The notes under the pieces were generated by a model. That model was not told where the DNA came from and made no database searches. It saw only the letters and a program-made list of their open reading frames with translations. A program made the translations under genes and the position numbers. From Schizochytrium sp. TIO01 (Eukaryota > Protista > Bigyra: Labyrinthulomycetes), in the NCBI GenBank assembly GCA_004764695.1, contig SMSO01000033.1:2790001-2854000 (forward strand): a stretch of DNA of 64,000 nucleotides, read 5' to 3'. Each line of letters begins with the position of its first letter. Position 1 is the first letter of the stretch. This document shows positions 44,601 to 52,978 of the stretch, piece by piece.

Positions 44601-46688
44601 AAGTTGCTGACGAAGCTCTAGGATATTAGCCTCATGGTTTTGGGCAGCCTCTTCAAACTTTTCGTTCATACCCTCAATCGTGGCTTGGTGCTCCTCAGCA
44701 AGTGTCTGGCTGGAAATTAGCTTTTCACGAAGTTCGTCAATACTATCACCTTCCTCTCTTTTGAGTGTCTCAGCCTGTTCAAGCTGTGATTGTAATAGCT
44801 CGATTTGAGAAATGTGAGTCTGCTTAGAATCTTCAGCCTCACTCAATTTTTGGCGGAGCTCATTGGCCAATTGTTCGCCCACCTCTTGCGCCTCTTGTAG
44901 TCTTTTAAGTTTTCCTTCCAGCTCGGTGACCGCCTCATTTCGTTCCTCGAGCTTCTCTTCTGTATTGGCCAATTCCTTACGCAACTCCGAAACTGCCTCT
45001 TCCTTTGCTGCACGTGTATCTTCAATCTCTTTGTGAAGTCCTTCGATAACTCCCTCACTATCATTACCAGCTACCTGAGCACGAACTTGCTCAAGGTCTT
45101 TGCGCAAAGCATCAATTGTATCTTCATGCTCCTTGCTTAAGCTTTGAGCTTGCTCAAGATCTTTTTGAAGACGTGATATTGATTTCTGTTTATCATCTGC
45201 AACTGCATATGATTCTTCGAGCTCCTTTTTCAAACCATGGACAGCCTCTTCGCTTTGACTTGCTTTGGACTCAGTTTGTTCCAAGTCCTGGCGCAAAGAT
45301 ACGAGGGATCGCTGATGCTCTTCACTTTCAGACTGGGCCTGTTGAAGCTCCTCGCGAAGTTTTTGCAAGGCCTGTTCGTGATCGCTGCCTTGAGATGTTG
45401 CCTCCTCTAACTGCTGACGAAGATCCTCAACCTCACATTGGCTACTTTGACTCAACCCTTGTGCTTGCTCAACGTCAGCGCGCAACTGGTTTACAGTGTC
45501 TGCATGCTGCTTGCTTTCGGCATAGGCTTGTTCAAGCTCTGTGCGAAGGTTTGCTAGAGATGTTTCATGCTCTTCATTGTTTTGTTGCGCTTTAATAAGG
45601 TCTCCTTGTAAGCTTTGACTAATGCGTTGGCTTTCCTGACTCGCAGATTCGGCTTGCTGCAAACTATCCCGAAGCTGTTGAACAGTGGCTTCGAGATCAG
45701 CGCCAGAAGATTTGACAGCCTGTTCAGCTGTTTCAGCGTCAGATTCAAGTTGTTGAATTCGAGATTGTGCCTCCTCTAGCTCTTGTTGAAGGCTTTGCGC
45801 TTTGCCACAAACCTCATCAAGCTCGGCGCTTGCTTTGCTTGTTTGAATTTCAAGTTCTTCCCGAAGCGCCGCGGCGTCTGCACGAGCTGCATCGAGATCT
45901 GCCTGGAGCTGTGCGACAATCTCTGCAGTCTCTGACGCTCCTTGTGATTGTTGGTCACGGTAAAACTGAGAGGACTCTTGGGCCTTGGCGAGCTCTTTCT
46001 GGAGGTCTGCAATATCCTGATCGTAACGGCTTTGCAAATCATCAAGTTGGGTTTGGCGATCTGCAAGCTGTTGTTGAGTCTCTGCATGGGCGTCTTTCAC
46101 GCGTTTTTCTGCGCCTTCAACATCGACGAGACCCGACCGAACCATTTCCTGCAAGCTCTGCACATTAAGTTCTAGTTCTTCTACGCGTTGTTTAGCCAAG
46201 CTCAAATCTTTCTCAAGTTTTTCGTTAAGCTCCGTGGCCTCAGTCTGTTCGCTCTTGACTTTTGCAAATCTTGTTTGTAATGCCTTAAACTTGGGCAAGA
46301 TCTCGCGGAGTTTTTTCATCGCCTCATCTTTTTTACCCTGGGTCTCCTTGAGCTCTTGCCGCAGTACTTCTAGGGAGGGTGCATCACCATTCGCATTTGT
46401 CGAGCCTTGATCTTGATTTAATTCGTCTTGATCCGCACTTCCATCTGCGCCTTCAGATTTGTCATTTGTGGCTTCATGGTGAATTTCTTCATTTGCAGTA
46501 TCTGCCTCACGTGCTGCAGCCCCGTCAGCAAGAGAAGGAGAAGTAGAAGACGAGGAGGCTGCTTCCAGCTCAGCAATCCTCGCGTTGAGCTTGGCGACTT
46601 CCTCCTCGCGAGCCTTAAGCTGCTTGGTTTTCTTCTTGATAAACCGCAGCAAGTCCTCCTTGCTCAGTTCGTTGCTTTCGCCCGACAT
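41658..46688 (-). CDS. GRIP-domain golgin (long coiled coil)
   Basis: 1676-aa Glu/Gln-rich coiled coil ending in NLTYLKHVVFKYM...LLPVVSTILQFSPQE, the GRIP consensus. Confidence 0.9.
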   Translation of the reverse strand: MSGESNELSKEDLLRFIKKKTKQLKAREEEVAKLNARIAELEAASSSSTSPSLADGAAAREADTANEEIHHEATNDKSEGADGSADQDELNQDQGSTNANGDAPSLEVLRQELKETQGKKDEAMKKLREILPKFKALQTRFAKVKSEQTEATELNEKLEKDLSLAKQRVEELELNVQSLQEMVRSGLVDVEGAEKRVKDAHAETQQQLADRQTQLDDLQSRYDQDIADLQKELAKAQESSQFYRDQQSQGASETAEIVAQLQADLDAARADAAALREELEIQTSKASAELDEVCGKAQSLQQELEEAQSRIQQLESDAETAEQAVKSSGADLEATVQQLRDSLQQAESASQESQRISQSLQGDLIKAQQNNEEHETSLANLRTELEQAYAESKQHADTVNQLRADVEQAQGLSQSSQCEVEDLRQQLEEATSQGSDHEQALQKLREELQQAQSESEEHQRSLVSLRQDLEQTESKASQSEEAVHGLKKELEESYAVADDKQKSISRLQKDLEQAQSLSKEHEDTIDALRKDLEQVRAQVAGNDSEGVIEGLHKEIEDTRAAKEEAVSELRKELANTEEKLEERNEAVTELEGKLKRLQEAQEVGEQLANELRQKLSEAEDSKQTHISQIELLQSQLEQAETLKREEGDSIDELREKLISSQTLAEEHQATIEGMNEKFEEAAQNHEANILELRQQLEQVGASKQEHAVHIEELRQQLEQAEKRDQDRMEELRGLHMELEDAQALASEKAALVVDLQTALDQAQLSMPSSSEDNATKETDDDIKQEDIENIHTLRGQLEEAQAVIMDLRAQLEEAMTKTSLPAPGDATCEDIGSQSLPEQKQDQDHDRMEDQKPEVDTAGDTDLTHAEPAVVHSVTNPGNEADVTSLLQALALAESREELALETSLRANALLAAAEANAAAQREEASQERALLEKKVQEWKKRGAELGKRFKALKDRLNTSIQERDQAKTKHVGAVLQLIDRGSLTRRQQLTAFSHWRRFVAAQAQADSKIKLESAQSSASQTVEDERNARSKLEQECDRLKKEVEGHESFATKLKQMLTEARTELESLRETQQANQEAPFGFSPAKDALCVVRMKSTLYVAVRVRQGPSASANGVEEEHNNTNTVTLAVNGSGEEEEEKSTSLVRWVDADTYSSWAKGKRYVLPDPVDEVVRKECEHQMHEYREQAAWAMAEKEHLETDLAKARRNAQLAVKAAKEGAKKVDAKAKATEAKLRAQLESELARVTRQVDKKQEEIENIQAEKENIDIALSAARRDLAAAEKSRNELEASISQRFEDMQQRLANGNEEALETARKEYEEGLAVLERKVSALQTELENTSTTQKQTEKSLQEVTTERKRLDSLYAAAKQEIEELKDSLQRAQAATKPPVTGRHSSSYWKMSRQSDQHQQRREPGLGEPEKTGVEADRAGETTAHLEEPDSGVGSTDERILSTNISSRNRRFSRSSFSSMDDEQPGGAYSRSRVESHNGHMDPLIAAAAAASSMHPSKSFDMSPLDEGMHGTAASVISQSQSLFVEQLDALHSQHARERIVWQREMDVLREHTEDVEGEHRLLTEQVAVLKEEIRDLRRALARTQTLSAAGEEASEAQRAQENLTYLKHVVFKYMVTADASERKTLLPVVSTILQFSPQEMDKIRSQIDSEGAGGAARSVVGMFFGGGNS

Positions 46689-47152
46689 CGTGCAGGCAAC
46701 AAAGCCCTCGCGCGATGCGGGTTTGCGATCATGATGATCCAGCCAGCGTCATCGTACACGTCCTCTTTTCGATTCCTGCTACAATTATCTAGGACTTGAT
46801 CTAGTCAAACTGTTACGTGGTATAAGCTAGAACCTCTAGTCTTACTCGAGCCATGTAATGACAACCAAAAGCACCAAAACGCATGTCAAGTCGGTCATCT
46901 CTACCTAAGCTTGGCTACACCGTCTTGTGAGCTGCTCAGTTTGAGAGCACCTGGAAACTGCAAAAGAAGAGATGGCCCTTGGAATTGAGTGCACAACTCT
47001 GTGTGCTTGATAATAGTACGTACCTACGAAGAGAGCATGTATATACCAACTCGAGGGTCAGTGTTTGCGGACTGGGAAAGGATAACATTGAGGTTCTTGA
47101 ATCCAAAACCGCAAGAGGTTCGTGAAAGAAAGGGTTGGCTGATAGGTCCACG

Positions 47153-48224
47153 ATGATGGCGTGGAAAAGCTTGGCGAGGCGCCGGACTGTGGGCCACGTT
47201 GGTCGTCGAGGGCTTGCAATAATTGCGGCAAGTGCTCGTGTGCATCCGACTGCAGTGATTGTGGAGAACGATGAAGGCACTGTTCAGATAGGCGCCAATA
47301 CGGACATTGGGCCACACGTTGTCCTAGGACCTGACGTAAGTCTGGGTGAAGACTGCAAGCTGGGCGCTGGTATTGTCATGCAAAACACGAGCGTTGGGGA
47401 CCGCTGCGTGTTTCACCCAGGAAGCTGCTTTGGTCAGGACGGCTTTGGATTCCATATTGCGTCAGCAGAAAGCGCTGACCATGCGAAGAAACCACAGACG
47501 CTTCGTGTAGTGGTTGGTAACGACGTAGAGATTGGGTACGTTTTGTTTATGCAAAGTGTGAGAATATGAGAGACTTGGCCCTTTCACGTGTGGAGAATAT
47601 TGAGTAGAAAGATGTGCCAAGATAGATGTCATTGTTTTCAACGTTTTGTATTGTTTTATATGTGTCTGGAATTGAAAACTAATCATGTTATTGCGAGCAA
47701 CTACAGGGCAAATTGTACAGTTGATCGGGGAAGCTGGCGCGACACAACGATAAGCGATGGCACAAAAATGGATAATTTGGTACGTTGTGGTAGTCTTCAC
47801 AAATGTTGAAAACAGAATTGAGATGAACTGACAAAAAGAAGAGTTAAATTGGTTTATATTTTCATGGAATCGAGGGATACAATAGATCCAAGTTGGGCAC
47901 AATGTGCAAATTGGGTCACGTTGCCTTATCGCGGCGCAAGTGGGTATTGCAGGCAGCACAACAATAGGAAACTTTGTTTTGATCGGGGGTCAGGCGGGGA
48001 TTGCGCAACATCTGCAGATAGGAAATGGTGTCCAAATTGCTGCAAAGAGTGGTGTTATGACAGATTTAAAGGATTACAGTAAAGTTGGGGGAGTCCCCGC
48101 AGTTCCCATCAGACAGTTTCACAAACAGTCAATTATACTGCGAAGGCTGGTCGACACGATGGGGTCCACAAATACAGGTAGCACAGCTGCGTCAAATGAT
48201 GGTGAAGAAGCAAAGGGCAAATAA
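47153..48224 (+). CDS. lpxD: UDP-3-O-acyl-glucosamine N-acyltransferase LpxD; 3 exons: 47153-47535, 47707-47779, 47886-48224
   Basis: Hexapeptide repeats and GQDGFGF. Removing two GTACGT..AG introns restores [18 protein letters not shown] and [15 protein letters not shown], followed by AQVGIAGST and GGQAG. Confidence 0.9.
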
Positions 48225-48883
48225 TTTAACGCGGCTTGTTTTGTAACGTTGAGTTGAGTTTCGTTCAAACAGCCCTACAAATATGGAAAGAATGTTCACC
48301 TCCATTCCCCTCTTTTTCTTTTTATTTTTATTTTCCGTGCGAGTTTTGTCGGCTGAAGGAAAATGATCATGGGAGAGGATATTAAAGAATTAAAAGGATA
48401 GCTGCATGCTAAGCTCCTAGCTCGCTAGCTTCCTTGATGAATAGTGCTTTATACACGTAAATAGTGTTTTGCCATAGAAAACAAGATCCGGGAGCCCCAA
48501 CCAAATTAGGAGCTTTTTCAGTATTTTCCCGACAGCAGGTAGCCAACCACCAAGTACCACCGCTTTGAGTCATTCATTCACTACTGCTCTTTGTAAATAT
48601 AAGAATAGATTTTACTTGAGCTGCGTCTCGTTTGTTGATTTGCATTGATTCCTCTTGCTGGCTTCACAAAAAGTGTAGAAGTGTAGTAAAGAGGTTGTGT
48701 AAAGAAGGAGGAAGTGGCGAGGCAAAGCCTGTGCGATTCGTCAAGCGCAGGGCCTCTTTAGATGAATAGGCAAGCATAGTAAAGGAGGTCGCGTAACAAC
48801 TTGAAAAGGATTGCCCGGCGGTTAGTTAAAGAAGACAGAGAGAGCAAAAGGTCACAGAATAAAATACGGTCGGGTACCCAAGC

Positions 48884-50260
48884 TCAATTCTTCGTGTTGG
48901 AGCGAGCAGCCCCGCGATTCCTGCGGCGACTACGGCCTTTGTTTTGCGTGCGGAAACCGTCTTCACTAGCAGCAGAGGAACTATCTGCGCTTGCTGGTTG
49001 AGGTGGTTGTGATGGTAATGAGGTTTGTGCAGTGCCGGCGTCAGTGTTTGTGATGACGGTTTGACCGTCGATAAGGATGTAATCTGAAGTACTGTCTGCT
49101 TCGATAATGCCCCCCTTTAGTTTCTGTTGTTCAAATAGGCGTTGGCGCTCCTGTGCTTGCTTTTTAAAGATCTCCTTTTGTTCTTTTGTCAAACCTGTTT
49201 CCTCCGGTGCTGTTTGTGCGTTGTTCCAGTCTTTGGGCAACAGAGTGCCATGATCGGCATCTACAGGAGCTAGTGTGCTGAGTGTTTCCTCCAGTACTTC
49301 TTGAAACTCGCTGTACTTGATCGGTAGTTTGCACATGGGGCAATCAATGCCTTGTTGATTGGCAAGTTCATTCTGTGCATCGTATTGGGTCTGCATAACT
49401 GCTAGTTCTTCCTCTGCCCTGACTAGTTTGGCTTTTATAGATCCGATTTCCGCCTTGGCAGCCTTGGCTTCTGCGTCAATTGCAATCATTTTCTTTTTCG
49501 CAGAGACTACTGTGAAGCCTGCGCCTGCCAAATCCTCAAAGTCATTCTCACTACCTCCTGCTTCCACGTGTTCCACGAAATTTTGAAGCCGAAGCCTCTC
49601 TGCAGCGACCTTCTCTACTCTTTCCTCAGCTTTGCCAATTGAAGACTGTCTCTCCATCACCCTTGCGGTCATTGCACTCAATGCCTGCTTCCTCTGCAAC
49701 GTTGCTTGTGATTGTGCTGTGCCCGCCTCCGTGCGCCGCGACTCAACCTGTTTCCACCACGCCGCAAAACATGTTCCGTGGAATGCATGCCAGCAGCTGG
49801 CTCTGAATGCCGTCGAATCGCCAGCCTGGATCTCGCACAAGCATATGGCACAAGACCCTCCCTGATCATTGCGTTCCTGCGCGAGGTCTTTGGCGAGCAG
49901 TAGCACATCGACGAGGCCATAGCGGCCCATAATTTCCTTGCTCTCAGCGAGTTGGCGGATCAATTTTCTACGCATATCGGCCTCCTCTGAGTCAAGCAAG
50001 CCGCGACTTCGGGAGATTGAAATAAGCGGCGCCTCCGCGAGCGGAAATTTGGCGGGTAGGTCGAACCTGAAGGAGACGAGCAAGGTGTCGAGGGCGACTT
50101 GGAGCACCACGGCGGAGGGAACGTCTGGTTCGGAGGGCGCGCGAGAGGAGGTCTCTACCTCGAGTTCATCTGGGGTGTACATGGCCTGAAGAAGCTCAAT
50201 CTCTTGTTCAAGCTCCTCCGCGTTGGCGGCGGCGTCCCAGGGTGCGTCAGCATCGCCCAT
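48884..50260 (-). CDS. RWD + RING E3 ubiquitin ligase, RNF25-like
   Basis: RWD domain (EIELLQAMY, LPAKFP, SRGL), RING CAICL..CWHAFHGTC...CPMC, and the RNF25-like LFEQQKLKGGII. Confidence 0.85.
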   Translation of the reverse strand: MGDADAPWDAAANAEELEQEIELLQAMYTPDELEVETSSRAPSEPDVPSAVVLQVALDTLLVSFRFDLPAKFPLAEAPLISISRSRGLLDSEEADMRRKLIRQLAESKEIMGRYGLVDVLLLAKDLAQERNDQGGSCAICLCEIQAGDSTAFRASCWHAFHGTCFAAWWKQVESRRTEAGTAQSQATLQRKQALSAMTARVMERQSSIGKAEERVEKVAAERLRLQNFVEHVEAGGSENDFEDLAGAGFTVVSAKKKMIAIDAEAKAAKAEIGSIKAKLVRAEEELAVMQTQYDAQNELANQQGIDCPMCKLPIKYSEFQEVLEETLSTLAPVDADHGTLLPKDWNNAQTAPEETGLTKEQKEIFKKQAQERQRLFEQQKLKGGIIEADSTSDYILIDGQTVITNTDAGTAQTSLPSQPPQPASADSSSAASEDGFRTQNKGRSRRRNRGAARSNTKN

Positions 50261-50868
50261 GGTGCAGGAAACGAGAAATCTGCCGCGAGACCTTCAAACG
50301 TGACTGCTAGCCTGCCGCGAGGCTGTCTGCTGCTGGCTTCCGGTTGCCACAGAGAGAGCGAGAGAGGGGAGAGGGCACGAGAGCAGAAATACGCCCTGAG
50401 AGGCGCACTCACGAGCAGCGGCGCTTAGGGTGCTCTGCGCTGCTGGCAAAGCAACGGGAATGGTCTCTCCAAAACGCCTGACCGTCTCATTCACTCATTT
50501 TATCCCTCTTCTTATCATCATCTTCATTTGTAGGTGCCCCTATTACTGACCATCATTATTGTCTCCTACGCATTACCATATTTCATGGTACTACATATAT
50601 ATAAATATATATATATCCTGAGGTGTATGACGATAGCGATAGCTACTACTAGTAGTAGTAGCATAAGATAGTTACTACAACTACTACTACTACCACCACC
50701 ACCTAACTAGGTACTACCTAACCTAGCAGTAGTTAGCAGTGATGGTATGCGATCGTATGACAAAAAACGTAAAAGTTCGATAACTTATATTTCGATGTGC
50801 TTGTTTCATATTAATCATATATTATACTTAGTTAGATCTTTAATAAGAAGTGGAGGTTAGGTAAGAAA

Positions 50869-51567
50869 ATGGGGAGGCCAAGGAACCGCCAAGCTCCAAA
50901 CACTGCAAGTGGAGCAAACCTCGAATACAAACCAGCAAAGTTCTTTCACCGGAAGTTTGGGATCTCAGCAAGCGCCCTTCGGGGCTGGGCCGATGGCGGA
51001 CGCGTGCGCTGCGCGCGCTTCCCCGGAGGCAAGCGCATCTACGCCTGCGACGATGTTGAGCGCATCTTTGATTGCGGTTCCACCGGCCGCGAGCAACGCA
51101 GCTCTGGATGTACCGTTATCTACGCCAGAGTGTCCTCGGCCAAGCAAAAGGAGGACCTCGAACGCCAGGTTGGCGATCTCCAGCGCGCCTACCCAGATGC
51201 TTCCGCCGTCTACAAAGACATCGGTAGCGGGGTCAATTTCAAACGCCAAGGCCTGTGCTCCCTACTGGACGCCTGTGACCGCGGCGGAATCGGCCAAGTT
51301 GTGGTCATGCACCGCGACCGACTTGCGCGAATCGCAGTCGACCTCCTGGAACACCTTTTCGAAAGAAAAAATGTCAAAATCGTGGTACACGGCCAAGATG
51401 CACATGCCGGAGACTCAGACACCTTCACCAAAGACCTCCTCGGAATTATCACCGTCTTTGTGGCATCGCATCACGGAAAACGAGCAGCGCAAAATAGACG
51501 GCGACGACGCAGCGAGGAAGAAGCGAGCTCGCACGAAGGCGCGCAAGACCACCAAGAAAGAATATGA
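50869..51567 (+). CDS. tnpA: IS607-family serine recombinase/transposase TnpA
   Basis: N-terminal MerR-like HTH (FGISASALRGWADGGRV...PGGKRIY), catalytic YARVSS, DLERQ, DIGSG, DRLAR and DLLGIITVFVASHHGKR. Confidence 0.93.
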   Translation: MGRPRNRQAPNTASGANLEYKPAKFFHRKFGISASALRGWADGGRVRCARFPGGKRIYACDDVERIFDCGSTGREQRSSGCTVIYARVSSAKQKEDLERQVGDLQRAYPDASAVYKDIGSGVNFKRQGLCSLLDACDRGGIGQVVVMHRDRLARIAVDLLEHLFERKNVKIVVHGQDAHAGDSDTFTKDLLGIITVFVASHHGKRAAQNRRRRRSEEEASSHEGAQDHQERI

Positions 51568-52849
51568 CCTTGTCCGTGCCAGAAAGGTTAGGGTATACCC
51601 TACTAAAGATCAGCGTACACAGTTGCTCAAATGGTTTGGTGTCACTAGAAGAGCCTACAATACTGGCGTTGCGTTTCACCGAGACGTGGCGAAGGGCGAG
51701 GAAGAAGCCATCAAATTGCATCAAGAAGCGTGCATCAAAAAGGATTCCAAGACGAAGCAGGTTTTAGTAGATGGAGATGGGAATCCCCAAACGTATGGTG
51801 CCCTCTATGGAGAAAAGAAAGCCGTTCGATCTAAAGAAAGGCATGATGCTCCTGAATGGGTTCTCGAGGTCCCACAGGCTATCCGTGATTCCGGGATTCT
51901 GGATTTCTTCAAGGCTCTTAACTCTGGACGAGCCAAAAACGAAGAACTCGCTGTACAAAAGAAAGTTCATGAGCAATCTTTTTATAAGTTTCGGACCAAG
52001 CGTGATGAATCACAGATTTTCGAAGTGAACGCACGTATCTGGAATACGGAGAAATCAAAGACCACCAGCTTTCTAAAAAAGTTTCGTACGCACAAAGAAA
52101 AGTTCCCCAGTCAGATTAAGAACGCCATGCGTGTGCAAATGAATCGCCTTGGGCATGTGTACTTCTGCTTCTTACGAGAAGAAGAAAAGCGTCCAATGGA
52201 CCAGGCACCCAAGGCGCACCACAGTGTCATTGCTCTAGATCCAGGTGTTCGCTCGTTTCAGACGATGTATGATGCCGATGGCCGCGCCATTGAATGGGGC
52301 ACAGGGAAAGATTTTAGAACCATATTCTATCTCTGTCGCCGCGTTGATAAGATCCAAAGCAGGATTGATAAAGCTCAAGAAAATAAAAAGAAAACTGCAT
52401 ACGATTTCAACACCCCCTTGAAGCGCGCCTTCTATCGCGCCCAACTCAAGATCAAGAACAAGATCACTGAGATTCACCGCAAGCTCGCGCTTTGGCTTTG
52501 TGAAAACTATCGTGTTATTCTCTTGCCTAAATTCGAAACCTCTAAGATGAGCAGGAGGATGGAGCGACGGATATCCAAGAAGTCTGTTCGAATGATGTGT
52601 CGTTGGTCCCATTTTGGGTTCCGCCAAGCTCTCATTCATAAGGCTGAGATGTTCCCGTGGTGCAAGCTTGTTCTTTGCCAAGAGAGCTACACTTCAAAAA
52701 CATGCAATGAGTGCGGTACCCTCCACCATAAACTCGGGGCATCCAAGGTTTTCCAATGCCCTAATCCCAAGTGCAACCATGTAGCAGACCGTGATGTCCA
52801 TGCCGCAAGAGGCATCCTTTTACGCTACCTATCCAAGGACATGATTTAA
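50993..52849 (+). CDS. Fanzor2 / TnpB-family RNA-guided endonuclease (start uncertain; frame open from 50861, first ATG 50993)
   Basis: TnpB N-terminal motif (KVRVYPTKDQ...WFGVTRRAYN), RuvC-I ALDPGVRSF, relocated Glu in QESYTSKTC, zinc finger CNEC..CPNPKC and RuvC-III DRDVHAARGI. Confidence 0.92.
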   Translation: MADACAARASPEASASTPATMLSASLIAVPPAASNAALDVPLSTPECPRPSKRRTSNARLAISSAPTQMLPPSTKTSVAGSISNAKACAPYWTPVTAAESAKLWSCTATDLRESQSTSWNTFSKEKMSKSWYTAKMHMPETQTPSPKTSSELSPSLWHRITENEQRKIDGDDAARKKRARTKARKTTKKEYDLVRARKVRVYPTKDQRTQLLKWFGVTRRAYNTGVAFHRDVAKGEEEAIKLHQEACIKKDSKTKQVLVDGDGNPQTYGALYGEKKAVRSKERHDAPEWVLEVPQAIRDSGILDFFKALNSGRAKNEELAVQKKVHEQSFYKFRTKRDESQIFEVNARIWNTEKSKTTSFLKKFRTHKEKFPSQIKNAMRVQMNRLGHVYFCFLREEEKRPMDQAPKAHHSVIALDPGVRSFQTMYDADGRAIEWGTGKDFRTIFYLCRRVDKIQSRIDKAQENKKKTAYDFNTPLKRAFYRAQLKIKNKITEIHRKLALWLCENYRVILLPKFETSKMSRRMERRISKKSVRMMCRWSHFGFRQALIHKAEMFPWCKLVLCQESYTSKTCNECGTLHHKLGASKVFQCPNPKCNHVADRDVHAARGILLRYLSKDMI

Positions 52850-52856
52850 AAAAAAT

Positions 52857-52978
52857 CATTTCATTGAGTCGCGGGCTAGTCTAACTAGCTCGTGATGGAG
52901 TCTTAGCTCCTTCTATGAAATGCAAGTTTTGCAAATTTTGTAGTTTAACATCTAAGAGAAGCGCCGCGACCTTTGCAA
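52857..52978 (+). ncRNA. Putative omegaRNA (scaffold about 52857-52957 plus flank-derived guide)
   Basis: Complementarity found by eye: 52857-64 with 52915-22; 52868-79 with 52885-96; 52897-900 with 52907-10; loop TCTTAG (52901-06) with CTAAGA (52952-57). The position directly after the nuclease ORF matches TnpB/Fanzor loci. Confidence 0.7.

Larger units (their letters stand above)
50832..52958 (+). mobile_element. IS607-type transposon carrying TnpA + Fanzor2/TnpB + omegaRNA (left boundary tentative)
   Basis: Overlapping serine recombinase and RuvC nuclease ORFs followed by a structured 3' RNA. The right end is inferred from the predicted pseudoknot; the left end only from a short imperfect inverted repeat. 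Confidence 0.85.

Noticed and set aside
50869-52849. Calling the nuclease a Cas12 or the segment a bacterial contaminant
   Set aside because: No CRISPR array or cas genes. The RuvC arrangement is Fanzor-like and the flanks are continuous with eukaryotic genes (read support still to be checked).
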